Of a stretch of 64,000 bases of DNA, positions 29,447 to 39,063 are shown piece after piece (the first letter of the stretch is position 1; each line of letters opens with the position of its first letter). The DNA is from an uncultured Rickettsiales bacterium (GTDB lineage: Bacteria; Pseudomonadota; Alphaproteobacteria; Rickettsiales; SXRF01): positions 11,435-75,434 of the forward strand of contig CAZFKP010000009.1 of the NCBI GenBank assembly GCA_964518725.1, written 5' to 3'. The notes under the pieces are model-generated. The model worked only from the letters and a program-made list of their open reading frames with translations. It was not told the DNA's origin and did not search any database. Position numbers and translations under genes: made by a program.

Positions 29447-30310
29447 ATGGCAAGCCACGATAACGCGAAACACGCCTCCAGTCAAACCTATCCGCCGGGA
29501 TTGTATATCGTCGCAACCCCGATCGGTAATCTGCGTGACATGACGTTTCGCGCCGTCGATATTCTTTCGCTGGCCGACACCATATTGTGCGAGGACACGC
29601 GGGTGAGCGCCAAACTCATGTCACATTACGGCATCACGGCGCCGCTGCTTTCCTACCATGACCATAATGGCGAGGAGCGCCGGCCACAGGTAATGGCGAT
29701 GCTGGCGGACGGTAAACGGCTGGCACTGATTTCCGATGCCGGCACGCCGCTCATTTCCGATCCGGGTTACAAGCTGATACGCGACGTACAGGCGGCAGGG
29801 CACCACGTATCAGTGGCACCCGGCGCATCAAGCGTGATGGCCGCACTCTGCCTTGCCGGACTTCCAACCAACGAGTTTCATTTTGTCGGGTTCCTGCCCC
29901 CCAAAGCGCAGGCGCTTTCCGAAAAATTACAGGCGCTCGCCACCGTTACAGCAACGCTCGTGGTGTTTGAGTCAGCGCGACGACTCACCGAAACCTGCGC
30001 GGCGATGCTGGCGGCATTTGGCGACCGTGAAGTGGCCGTCGTCCGCGAAATTACCAAGCTGTTTGAAGAAACGCGCAAGGGCAAGCTCAGTGAATTGCTC
30101 GCCTACTATACCGCACACGGCGAACCGAAAGGCGAAGTGGTGATGGTGATCAACGGCGCAGGCGATGCCACCCCGATGCACGACATCGAGGCGCTGCTTA
30201 CCACCCTGCTTGCCACCCACAGCCTGAAAGACGCCGCGAGCATTGCCGCCGAGCAAACCGGCAGGCCGCGCAAGGAAGTTTATGCCGTCGCGCTTACGCT
30301 CAAGCCCTGA
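29447..30310 (+). CDS. rsmI: 16S rRNA (cytidine1402-2'-O)-methyltransferase
   Basis: GLYIVATPIGNLRDMT, LCEDTR and SDAGTPLISDPG. ATG at 29447; the track ORF is 5'-extended. Confidence 0.92.
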   Translation: MASHDNAKHASSQTYPPGLYIVATPIGNLRDMTFRAVDILSLADTILCEDTRVSAKLMSHYGITAPLLSYHDHNGEERRPQVMAMLADGKRLALISDAGTPLISDPGYKLIRDVQAAGHHVSVAPGASSVMAALCLAGLPTNEFHFVGFLPPKAQALSEKLQALATVTATLVVFESARRLTETCAAMLAAFGDREVAVVREITKLFEETRKGKLSELLAYYTAHGEPKGEVVMVINGAGDATPMHDIEALLTTLLATHSLKDAASIAAEQTGRPRKEVYAVALTLKP

Positions 30311-30680
30311 GGCGCGCCAGCGCGCCCACGCACTCGGCCACCGCGCAGAAACTATCGCGGCGTGGTACCTCCGCCTGAAAGGCTACCGCATCATTGCCCT
30401 GCGCTACCGCAACCATGGTGGTGAGATCGACCTGCTGGCAACACGCGGCAAACTGCTGGCTGTTGTCGAAGTGAAAGCACGGAAAACTCTGGCTGAGTGT
30501 GCCAATTCGGTGCCGCCTGCCAAGCAGCAAAAGATCGTGCGGGCGCTGGAAGGGCTTAGCGCCAGCAGCGGTAAAATCGCTGGACTTGCTGGGGTGGCTC
30601 ACCGTAATATACGCTTCGATGTAATCGCGGTGGTGCCGGGGCGTTTGCCGCACCACATTAAAGATGCGTGGAGGCTTTGA
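30282..30680 (+). CDS. YraN family (UPF0102) endonuclease-like protein
   Basis: AETIAAWYLRLKGYRIIALRYRNHGGEIDLLA...LAVVEVKAR. Overlaps the rsmI end. Confidence 0.85.
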   Translation: MPSRLRSSPEARQRAHALGHRAETIAAWYLRLKGYRIIALRYRNHGGEIDLLATRGKLLAVVEVKARKTLAECANSVPPAKQQKIVRALEGLSASSGKIAGLAGVAHRNIRFDVIAVVPGRLPHHIKDAWRL

Positions 30681-31270
30681 TGGTTTATATTCGTCTGGCA
30701 GCACTGCTTGGGCTTGCACTCAGCTTGTCGGGATGTTTCGGGGTCATGCTCGCGGCCGGTGGTGAAACAGCGGCAGTGGTCGCACAAGAGCGCTCTGTTG
30801 GCAACGCGGTGGATGATGCGGGGATATTACTCTCTATCAAAACCAGATTTGCTGAAAAAGATTACAAGGATCTACTCGCGAACGTCGAAGTGAAATCGGT
30901 GGAAGGTCGCGTATTGCTGACCGGCAATGTCGATAAACCCGAATCGAAAGTGGAAGCGGTGCGGATCGTCTGGGGCATAGGCGGCGTGCGCGAAGTGATC
31001 GACGAAATTCAGGTCAACGACCAGAGCGGCATCTGGAATTACACGCGGGATGTATGGATCAGCACCCAGATACGCACCCGACTGATCGCCACCAAAGATT
31101 TGCGCTCGATTAATTACTCTATCATCACGGTCAATCAAGTTGTCTACATCATGGGCATCGCGCAGGATCAGCAAGAGCTGGACAAAGTCGCCCACATCGC
31201 CAGCACAACAAGCTATGTGCAGCGCGTGGTCAGCTATGTCCGGATGAAAAACGACCCACGCAGAAAGTAA
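30668..31270 (+). CDS. dual-BON-domain lipoprotein (DolP/YraP-like)
   Basis: Lipobox LSLSGC and two BON repeats (V.V.SVEGRVLLTGNV; ITVNQVVYIMGIA). Same neighbourhood as E. coli yraP. The start could be 30668 or 30680. Confidence 0.75.
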   Translation: MEALMVYIRLAALLGLALSLSGCFGVMLAAGGETAAVVAQERSVGNAVDDAGILLSIKTRFAEKDYKDLLANVEVKSVEGRVLLTGNVDKPESKVEAVRIVWGIGGVREVIDEIQVNDQSGIWNYTRDVWISTQIRTRLIATKDLRSINYSIITVNQVVYIMGIAQDQQELDKVAHIASTTSYVQRVVSYVRMKNDPRRK

Positions 31271-31274
31271 GCGC

Positions 31275-32216
31275 ATGACGCTTCGCGTTGCATTGCAGAT
31301 GGATCCGCTGTCGTCCATCAATCCTGCCAGCGATTCTACCCTGCTGATCGCGCGCGAGGCCGAAGCACGCGGGCATGATATTTTCTATTACACCCCGGAA
31401 CACCTTGCCTACCGCGAAGGCAGCGTGCTCGCGCGCGGACGCAAGGTCACCTTTCACCCCGGCACAGAGAATTTTTATACGCTCGGCGAAACCTGGCATG
31501 AGCCGTTGCACGATATGGATGTGGTGTTGCTGCGGCAGGATCCGCCCTACAACATGACCTACCTTTCGACCACCTACCTGCTGGAGCAGGTGATGAGCGA
31601 AGCGCTGGTGGTGAACAACCCGGTAGCGGTACGCAATTTCCCGGAAAAGATTTTCCCGACGCTGCTTGAAAATTATATGCCGCCAACGCTGATCACCGCC
31701 GATGTGCTGGCCATCGAAGAATTCCGCCACGACGAAAAAGATGTTATCATCAAGCCGCTCTACGGGTTCGGTGGACGATCCGTGCTGCACATCAAACCCG
31801 AAGATGATAATTTCCACGCGCTGATGGAAATGATGTTTTCCGGCAGCAAGGAACCGGTGATGGTGCAGCGCTTCTTGCCGGAAGTGGCAACTAGCGACCG
31901 TCGCATCATTATGCTCGACGGCGAGGTGGCGGGTGCGATCGGACGCATTCCGGCGGAGGGCGAAATCCGCGCCAACATGCGCGTCGGCGGCACACCGGTC
32001 AAGGTTGAGCTGACGCCAAAACAACGAGCCATGTGCGAAGAGCTGGGCGAGATGCTGCGCGAAGAGGGTATTCTGTTCGCCGGGGTCGATGTGATCGGCG
32101 ACTATCTGACCGAAATCAACACCACCTCTCCCACCGGCATGGCAGCGGTCAATGCATTGTATAACGTCCGAGTCGAGTCCAATTTCTGGGATGTGGTGGA
32201 AAGCTATATTTCGTAG
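31275..32216 (+). CDS. gshB: glutathione synthetase
   Basis: 313 aa with the prokaryotic GSH synthase N-domain (MDPLSSINPASDST) and an ATP-grasp domain (IIKPLYGFGGRSV, RANMRVGG). Confidence 0.92.
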   Translation: MTLRVALQMDPLSSINPASDSTLLIAREAEARGHDIFYYTPEHLAYREGSVLARGRKVTFHPGTENFYTLGETWHEPLHDMDVVLLRQDPPYNMTYLSTTYLLEQVMSEALVVNNPVAVRNFPEKIFPTLLENYMPPTLITADVLAIEEFRHDEKDVIIKPLYGFGGRSVLHIKPEDDNFHALMEMMFSGSKEPVMVQRFLPEVATSDRRIIMLDGEVAGAIGRIPAEGEIRANMRVGGTPVKVELTPKQRAMCEELGEMLREEGILFAGVDVIGDYLTEINTTSPTGMAAVNALYNVRVESNFWDVVESYIS

Positions 32217-32231
32217 TTGGCGGCTATTTGC

Positions 32232-32993
32232 CTAGTAGCCATAGCCAATAAAGTGCGGATTCTCAAAACCCGGTTTGCCATAAGTCAGCGCCTCACCCGT
32301 TTCCGCCACCACCACTTTTCCACCCGCCGCATTTAAAATAGCATGCCCTGCCGCCGTGTCCCACTCCATCGTCCGGCCAAAACGTGGATAGACATCGGCG
32401 CTGCCTTCCGCCACCTGGCAAAATTTGACCGAACTGGAGCCAGGAATAAGCGCTTTCACGTTTAGGGTAGCCAGAAACTCTTCTGTACGTTTAGATGGAT
32501 GGGATTTGCTTTTGACAATCGTCACGCCACCGGCCGGTTGCGGCCGCACCGAAATTTTTTCGGGCGCGCTGCCGTTTGTCACCCGGTACGCTCCCGCACC
32601 AACATGTCCATAATATAGCAGCCCCTGTGCCGGTACGAAAATCACGCCAAGCGTTGGCACGCCGCGCTCAATCAGGCCGATATTGACCGTAAATTCCGGT
32701 TCACCAGCGACAAACGCTCGGGTACCATCCAGCGGATCCACCAGCCAGAAATAATCTGCTGAGTCACCAAGCACCTCGTCTTCTTCGGCAATCACCGGAA
32801 TGCCTGGGTCAAGACCGTGTAATGCCTCGGTAATCAGCTTGTTCGCGGCGATGTCAGCGTCGGTCACCGGGCTGTTGTCGCCTTTCCGGGTTACCTCGTA
32901 GCCTTCCCGGAAATAGCGCATAAGCACCGCCCCGGCATCGGTCGCAATGGCGATAACAGGTGCTAGATATTCTGCTTTCTTGGTGCTATGCAT
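32232..32993 (-). CDS. cysQ: 3'(2'),5'-bisphosphate nucleotidase (inositol monophosphatase family)
   Basis: EED...WLVDPLDGT and WDTAAGHAIL motifs. Confidence 0.85.
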   Translation of the reverse strand: MHSTKKAEYLAPVIAIATDAGAVLMRYFREGYEVTRKGDNSPVTDADIAANKLITEALHGLDPGIPVIAEEDEVLGDSADYFWLVDPLDGTRAFVAGEPEFTVNIGLIERGVPTLGVIFVPAQGLLYYGHVGAGAYRVTNGSAPEKISVRPQPAGGVTIVKSKSHPSKRTEEFLATLNVKALIPGSSSVKFCQVAEGSADVYPRFGRTMEWDTAAGHAILNAAGGKVVVAETGEALTYGKPGFENPHFIGYGY

Positions 32994-33051
32994 AGGGCGT
33001 ATCTACGCTAATTTACATAACAAAACAATCATTACCTCGCACGACCGCCTC

Positions 33052-36000
33052 ATGAAACAACCCTACCAGAAACACCAATCCGCGCTACTGAAGCAGCTGC
33101 TCGCCTCCCTGCCCAAAACCACCAAAGCGCTGGAGCGCCGATTTGCCGAACAGTTTTTCGGCAAGCTGCTGGTCGCCGACCTCGAAAAACTCGACGGCGA
33201 AAAAGCCGCAGCACTTACCCGTTCCATGTTTGAGTTTTACAGCCTGCGCGACCCAACAACGCCTGCCATCCGTATTTTTACCCCAACAGCAACGGAGCAC
33301 GGCTATAGCGGAAATTCCGTAGTGATCGAGCTGATTAACAATGACATGCCGTTCCTGCTCGATTCGCTGACCATGGAGCTTACCCGGCAGGGGCTTATCA
33401 TCCGCGAAACGTATCACCCAATCCTTTCGGTCTCGCGCGACAAACATGGCGCGCTGCAATCGATCGGCGAAGAGAATGATACGCAGGTAGAATCGTTGAT
33501 CCATTTTGAACTGTCGGCACTACCGGATGGCTGGAGTATCGACCAGCTGCGACTGGATTTAATCCGCGTGCTGAACCATGTGCGGGCGGCCGTCACTGAC
33601 TGGCGGGCGATCGTCGACAAGGCTGCAGAAAATATTGCGCGACTCAAGAAAGTCCCCAAGGGGTTTGACGCAGCACATGTCGCCGAGGTACGGGATTTCC
33701 TGAGCTGGCTGGTGGAGAAAAATTTCGTTTTCCTTGGCTATGGCGAATATGAGTTCGTTACCACCCTAACACAGGAAATCAAAATCACCGGCACCGCCAA
33801 ACTCGGCATTCTTGCGCTGAAAGATGGCAAGAGCCAAATCGGGCTTGAAACCATGCCCAAGGATCAGCGCCACCGCCTGCTCAATAAACAGCTGGTCGAG
33901 ATCACTAAATCCAACCGGCGCTCGCTGGTGCATCGCTATGTGCCGATGGATTATGTTGCACTTAAGCGATTCGACGATATCGGGAACGTGGTGGGCGAAG
34001 TCCGCTTTCTTGGCCTGTTTACCTCAAACGTCTATTACCAGAGTATCGGGATGGTGCCGCTTCTGCGCGACAAGATCTCACGGTTGCTGGCACGTTCGGG
34101 CTTTCCAGAAAACAGCCACGATAGTAAGGCGTTTGCCACCATCCTCGAATTCCTGCCGCGTGATGAAATTTTCCAAATGCCGGAAGACGAACTGTTTGAA
34201 ATCTGCATGGGTATACTGGTTCTAGAAGCGAAGCCGGGCGTGCGGGCTTTTGTACGTAAAGACGTATTCGAGCGGTTTATCAGCGCCATGGTATTCGTCC
34301 CGCGTGAACGATTCTCGACCGCATTGCGGCACCAGATCCAGCGTAGTATGGAAACGGCGTATCACGGCGTCACCACGGCGTTCAACACCCAGATATCTGA
34401 TGCGCCATTGGCGCGCCTGCACCTTATCATCCGTACCCAACCGGGCGACGTTCCGGAAGTCGATATTACTGTCATGGAGACGGACATTGCCCGCCTCGCC
34501 TATCTGTGGAGTGACCAGCTGTTCGATGGGCTGCGCGCGATCCATAACGAACCGCGGGCACTGGTGCTGCACCAGCGCTATGCCAACGCATTCCCGCAGA
34601 GCTACATCAACCGTTACAACGTGCAGGCCGCCTGCCATGATATCGAGAAATCCGAAGCGGCGCTCGACGACAACATGCTCGCGCTGGAGCTGTACCAACT
34701 CAAAAACGATGCCCCCTTCGCGCATTTGAAAATCTATAATCCACGGCAGGAGATTGCGCTGTCCGACATATTGCCAATTCTTGAGAACGCCGGATTCCGG
34801 GTCATCGAGGAACAGCCGTTCCTGCTCGATCCCAAGGGCAAGTCTGAACGCATCTGGATTCGAGATTTCAAGCTTGAGTTGCCACCGGGCGCACCCGATA
34901 TCACGGCGCGGCGCGAAGCGGTGGAGGCCGGACTGCTCGCCAGCTGGCAAGGTGTCATTGAGAACGACCGGATGAACGCGCTGGTTCTACTGGCTGGCAT
35001 CCACTACCGCGACGTCGTGGTGTTGCGGGCGCTGGCCTGTTACATGAAACAGATCGGATTCAATGCGACCCAGGCAACCATTGAACAGGCGCTTGGCAAC
35101 CATCCCGCCATCGCCGCACAAATGGTGGCGCTTTTTCACGCCCGTTTCGCGCCGGACGAATTGCAACGCGATATCAAGATCCATACCCTTAGAACTGTGA
35201 TTGACCGAGCATTAGAAACGGTAGCAAGTGCCGTGGATGATCGCATCCTGCGTATGTTCGCACAATTGATCCTGGCGATGCTACGCACCAATTTCTACCA
35301 ACCGGATCGACCGGTGTTGTCGTTCAAATTCGATTCGGCTTTGGTACCGGGGTTGCCGTTACCGGTGCCGTTTGCAGAAATATTTGTCTATAGTCCGCGT
35401 GTCGAAGGAATTCATTTGCGCGGTGGTAAGGTTGCGCGCGGCGGATTGCGCTGGTCGGATCGCCGCGACGATTTCCGCACCGAAGTGCTGGGGCTGATGA
35501 AGGCACAAATGGTGAAAAATGCCGTAATTGTTCCGGTGGGATCAAAAGGCGGGTTTGTGCTGAAAAAACCTCCTGTAACGGGTGACCGCGAAGCGCTGCA
35601 ACAAGAAGGTATCACCTGTTATACGCTGTACCTTCAGGGTCTTCTTGATATTACCGATAATTTAGTTGCGGGCGCTGTCGTGCCGCCAACGCGTGTCGTG
35701 CGCCATGATGGCGACGATCCATATCTTGTCGTTGCCGCTGACAAAGGCACGGCAAGCTTCTCCGATATAGCGAACGGTGTTTCGAAGGCCTATGGATTCT
35801 GGCTCGGCGACGCGTTTGCCTCCGGTGGCTCGGCAGGCTATGACCACAAAGCAATGGGTATCACCGCCCGCGGCGCATGGATTTCTGTCGCCCGCCACTT
35901 TCACGAGCTCGGCAAGGACATCGCCGCTCAAGATTTCACCTGCGTCGGCATCGGCGACATGGCGGGGGACGTATTCGGGAACGGCATGCTGCTATCGCAA

Positions 36001-37521
36001 CATACGCGGCTTATTGCAGCTTTCAACCACCTCCATATTTTTATCGATCCAACGCCGGATGCAGCGGCGAGCTTTGCGGAACGCAAACGATTGTTTGAGC
36101 TGCCACGCTCGAGCTGGAAAGATTACGATGTCACGCGTATTTCCAAAGGTGGCGGCGTGTTTGACCGCGCAGCCAAGATGATCGAATTGAGCCAGGAAGC
36201 GATGCACGCGCTGGGTATTAACAAAGCAAAGCTTTCACCGGATGAACTGATCCGTGCCATCCTGCTTGCGCCGGTTGATCTGCTGTGGAACGGCGGCATT
36301 GGCACTTACGTCAAAGCCGAGGACGAAACCAACGAACAGGTGGGTGACCGCACCAACAATGCCGTCCGGGTCAATGGCCGCGAATTACGGTGTAAGGTGG
36401 TAGGCGAAGGCGGCAACCTTGGCTTCACACAGAAAGGACGCATTGAGTTTGCCCGCAGTGGCGGTGCGATTAACAGCGATGCCATCGACAATTCCGCTGG
36501 CGTCGACTGCTCTGACCATGAGGTCAATATCAAGATTGCATTCAGCGGCCTAGTCAGTACCGGCAAGCTTGCTGTCGAAAAACGCGACTGCGTACTTGAA
36601 GCGATGACCGATGAAGTGGCCGATCTGGTATTGAAGGATAACCGCCTGCAAACACTTGCACTTACCGTGGTACAACACATCGGCGCAGCGCGGCTCGATC
36701 CGCAGATACGGCTCATGCACGCGCTGGAACAGAAGGGCGCCCTCACCCGCAGCGTCGAGTTCCTACCCACCGGCCAGCAACTTGCCGAACTCAAAACCCG
36801 CGGCATGTCACTCACCCGCCCGGAAATGGCGGTTTTGCTCGCATACAGCAAAATGGATTTATACAAATCACTAGTGGAAAGCACACTGCCGGATGATGCT
36901 TATTTCGAGGCCGAGCTGATGCATTACTTCCCCGAAACCATGCAGCGTGATTACCGCGAAGCAATTCTTGTCCATCCGCTCCGACGCGAAATTATCGGCA
37001 CCATGCTTACCAACTCGCTGGTCAACCGCATGGGCGCAACATTCGTCAACGACCTTGTGGAAACCCATGGCGCTACCCCCCGCGACATCGCTGCCGGTTA
37101 TGCTATGGTGCGCGATGCATTTTCGCTACGCACGCACTGGCAACAACTCGATGCGCTCACCGGCAAGATTCCGGTGGCACAACAAGCCCAATTGTTCATC
37201 CGCCTGCAGCACTTCATCCGCACGATGGTGACATGGCTAGTGGTGAATATGGAAAAGCCGCTGGCGATTTCCGATATCATCGCACGGATTATCGTTCCGG
37301 CACAGAAGCGCATGCTGGCGATGCGTGACATGGCCGCAAACGAACAGGCTTACACGCTTATCCAGCATGGCGCACCGGCCGCGCTTGCTGAATTTATTGC
37401 CAACATGGATGCGTACGGAACAGCCTTCGATATCGTGCACCTCGCGACACAGAATGCCATTTCCGAGGACGCTGTGGCCACAATCTATGGGAAAATCGCC
37501 GAAAAATTTAGCGCGCACTAA
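33052..37521 (+). CDS. NAD-specific glutamate dehydrogenase, large (about 1500-aa) bacterial type
   Basis: 1489 aa from ATG 33052. The catalytic core contains RGGLRWSDR...KNAVIVPVGSKGGF...DKGTASFSD. The track ORF is 5'-extended over the cysQ start. Confidence 0.9.
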   Translation: MKQPYQKHQSALLKQLLASLPKTTKALERRFAEQFFGKLLVADLEKLDGEKAAALTRSMFEFYSLRDPTTPAIRIFTPTATEHGYSGNSVVIELINNDMPFLLDSLTMELTRQGLIIRETYHPILSVSRDKHGALQSIGEENDTQVESLIHFELSALPDGWSIDQLRLDLIRVLNHVRAAVTDWRAIVDKAAENIARLKKVPKGFDAAHVAEVRDFLSWLVEKNFVFLGYGEYEFVTTLTQEIKITGTAKLGILALKDGKSQIGLETMPKDQRHRLLNKQLVEITKSNRRSLVHRYVPMDYVALKRFDDIGNVVGEVRFLGLFTSNVYYQSIGMVPLLRDKISRLLARSGFPENSHDSKAFATILEFLPRDEIFQMPEDELFEICMGILVLEAKPGVRAFVRKDVFERFISAMVFVPRERFSTALRHQIQRSMETAYHGVTTAFNTQISDAPLARLHLIIRTQPGDVPEVDITVMETDIARLAYLWSDQLFDGLRAIHNEPRALVLHQRYANAFPQSYINRYNVQAACHDIEKSEAALDDNMLALELYQLKNDAPFAHLKIYNPRQEIALSDILPILENAGFRVIEEQPFLLDPKGKSERIWIRDFKLELPPGAPDITARREAVEAGLLASWQGVIENDRMNALVLLAGIHYRDVVVLRALACYMKQIGFNATQATIEQALGNHPAIAAQMVALFHARFAPDELQRDIKIHTLRTVIDRALETVASAVDDRILRMFAQLILAMLRTNFYQPDRPVLSFKFDSALVPGLPLPVPFAEIFVYSPRVEGIHLRGGKVARGGLRWSDRRDDFRTEVLGLMKAQMVKNAVIVPVGSKGGFVLKKPPVTGDREALQQEGITCYTLYLQGLLDITDNLVAGAVVPPTRVVRHDGDDPYLVVAADKGTASFSDIANGVSKAYGFWLGDAFASGGSAGYDHKAMGITARGAWISVARHFHELGKDIAAQDFTCVGIGDMAGDVFGNGMLLSQHTRLIAAFNHLHIFIDPTPDAAASFAERKRLFELPRSSWKDYDVTRISKGGGVFDRAAKMIELSQEAMHALGINKAKLSPDELIRAILLAPVDLLWNGGIGTYVKAEDETNEQVGDRTNNAVRVNGRELRCKVVGEGGNLGFTQKGRIEFARSGGAINSDAIDNSAGVDCSDHEVNIKIAFSGLVSTGKLAVEKRDCVLEAMTDEVADLVLKDNRLQTLALTVVQHIGAARLDPQIRLMHALEQKGALTRSVEFLPTGQQLAELKTRGMSLTRPEMAVLLAYSKMDLYKSLVESTLPDDAYFEAELMHYFPETMQRDYREAILVHPLRREIIGTMLTNSLVNRMGATFVNDLVETHGATPRDIAAGYAMVRDAFSLRTHWQQLDALTGKIPVAQQAQLFIRLQHFIRTMVTWLVVNMEKPLAISDIIARIIVPAQKRMLAMRDMAANEQAYTLIQHGAPAALAEFIANMDAYGTAFDIVHLATQNAISEDAVATIYGKIAEKFSAH

Positions 37522-39060
37522 TTAATGGCGGAAGTGACGAATGCCGGTAAACACCATGGCAACGCCAAGCAATTCCGCTTTGGCAACTATTTCTTCATCG
37601 CGAATCGATCCTCCGGGCTGGATCACCGCAGCGATCCCAGCCTCAGCCGCCAGCTCGACATTATCGGCAAACGGGAAGAATGCATCGGAGGCGAGTACAC
37701 ACCCCTTGGTCGAGAGCCCGGCGCTTTCAGCCTTCATGCATGCGATGCGCGTAGAATCGATGCGGCTCATCTGACCGGCGCCTATGCCGATGGTCGCGTT
37801 GTTTTTCACTAACACGATGGCATTGGATTTCACGTGTTTGGCAACTGTGAATGCCATCTGCAAATCTTTCATGGTCGCGCTGTCGATAGTGCTTTTGGTG
37901 ACAGTTCTCAGCGCGTCTTTCGTGATGATGCTATCGTCATCCTGCACCAGGAACCCACCGGAAATCGATTTTACAACCTGACGAGCAGCGGGTTTCGAAA
38001 CGCTGCCGGTGAGCAGCAGTTTCAATTTCTTGCGGGTTGATAATGCCGCAAGTGCGCCTTCACTTGCCGACGGCGCAATCATCACCTCGACAAATAATTT
38101 TCCAAGTGCAGCAACAAACGTTTCATCCAGCGGGCGGTTGACGGCGATGATGCCACCATAGGCGCTGACCGGATCACAGGCGAGTGCGCGGATGTAAGCC
38201 TCGGTAATGGAGCTGCCGACAGCAACACCACATGGGTTCGCATGTTTGATAATCGCTACGGCAGGTTCTTCAAATTCACGCACCAGATCAAATGCCGCCG
38301 AGGCGTCGTTCAGGTTATTGTAGCTAAGCGCAGCACCCTGTACTTGCTTCGCGGTAGCCAGCGAAACATCTTCTCCGCCACTGGCATAAAACGCGGCCTG
38401 CTGGTGCGGATTTTCTCCGTAATGCAACTGGCCAACACGCGTACCGCTCAGGGTGAACCGCGCCGGGAACGGCTCGCCAAGCTGGGTTGCAAACCAGCCG
38501 CTAATCGCCGCGTCATACGATGCCGTGCGAGCAAACGCAGCGGCGGCCAGTTTCTTGCGAAGCGCCGGGGTCGTGGCACCGCCATGTGCTGCCATTTCTT
38601 CCATCACCAGCGCATAATCCGCCGGGTCGGTGACGATGGTGACATCGGCATGGTTCTTGGCGGCGCTGCGTACCATGCTGGGGCCACCAATATCGATATT
38701 CTCAATACATTCCGCAAACGCCGCACCTTTTTTCACGGTGGCTTCAAACGGGTACAGATTGATTACCACCAGGTCGATCGGTGCAATGTGATGTTCTTTC
38801 ATCGCAGCCTGATGCTCTGCATCACTACGCACCGCGAGCAAGCCACCGTGGATTTTCGGATGCAGGGTTTTAACGCGCCCGTCCATGATTTCGGGGAAAC
38901 CGGTATGGGATGATACGTCGGTGACGGCAAGACCGGCATCGCGCAGCGCTTTCGCAGTGCCACCGGTGGAAAGCAGTTCGATGTTCTTTCCGGCAAGGAA
39001 GCGGGCAAATTCAATAAGGTCGGTTTTGTCGGAGACGGAGAGCAATGCACGGGTAATCAT
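37522..39060 (-). CDS. purH: bifunctional AICAR transformylase / IMP cyclohydrolase
   Basis: [20 protein letters not shown] and a C-terminal AICARFT domain ending in FRH. Confidence 0.96.
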   Translation of the reverse strand: MITRALLSVSDKTDLIEFARFLAGKNIELLSTGGTAKALRDAGLAVTDVSSHTGFPEIMDGRVKTLHPKIHGGLLAVRSDAEHQAAMKEHHIAPIDLVVINLYPFEATVKKGAAFAECIENIDIGGPSMVRSAAKNHADVTIVTDPADYALVMEEMAAHGGATTPALRKKLAAAAFARTASYDAAISGWFATQLGEPFPARFTLSGTRVGQLHYGENPHQQAAFYASGGEDVSLATAKQVQGAALSYNNLNDASAAFDLVREFEEPAVAIIKHANPCGVAVGSSITEAYIRALACDPVSAYGGIIAVNRPLDETFVAALGKLFVEVMIAPSASEGALAALSTRKKLKLLLTGSVSKPAARQVVKSISGGFLVQDDDSIITKDALRTVTKSTIDSATMKDLQMAFTVAKHVKSNAIVLVKNNATIGIGAGQMSRIDSTRIACMKAESAGLSTKGCVLASDAFFPFADNVELAAEAGIAAVIQPGGSIRDEEIVAKAELLGVAMVFTGIRHFRH

Positions 39061-39063
39061 GGG

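Noticed and set aside
31230-32024. 264-aa minus-strand ORF
   Set aside because: Antisense to gshB. Its His/Arg-rich junk composition marks it as a shadow ORF.
33052-37521. Large glutamate dehydrogenase as truncated or pseudogene (1489 aa versus the roughly 1600 aa I recall for the family)
   Set aside because: The frame is uninterrupted, the catalytic core motifs are intact, and the length difference is within what N- and C-terminal variation could explain. I cannot judge this further without an alignment.
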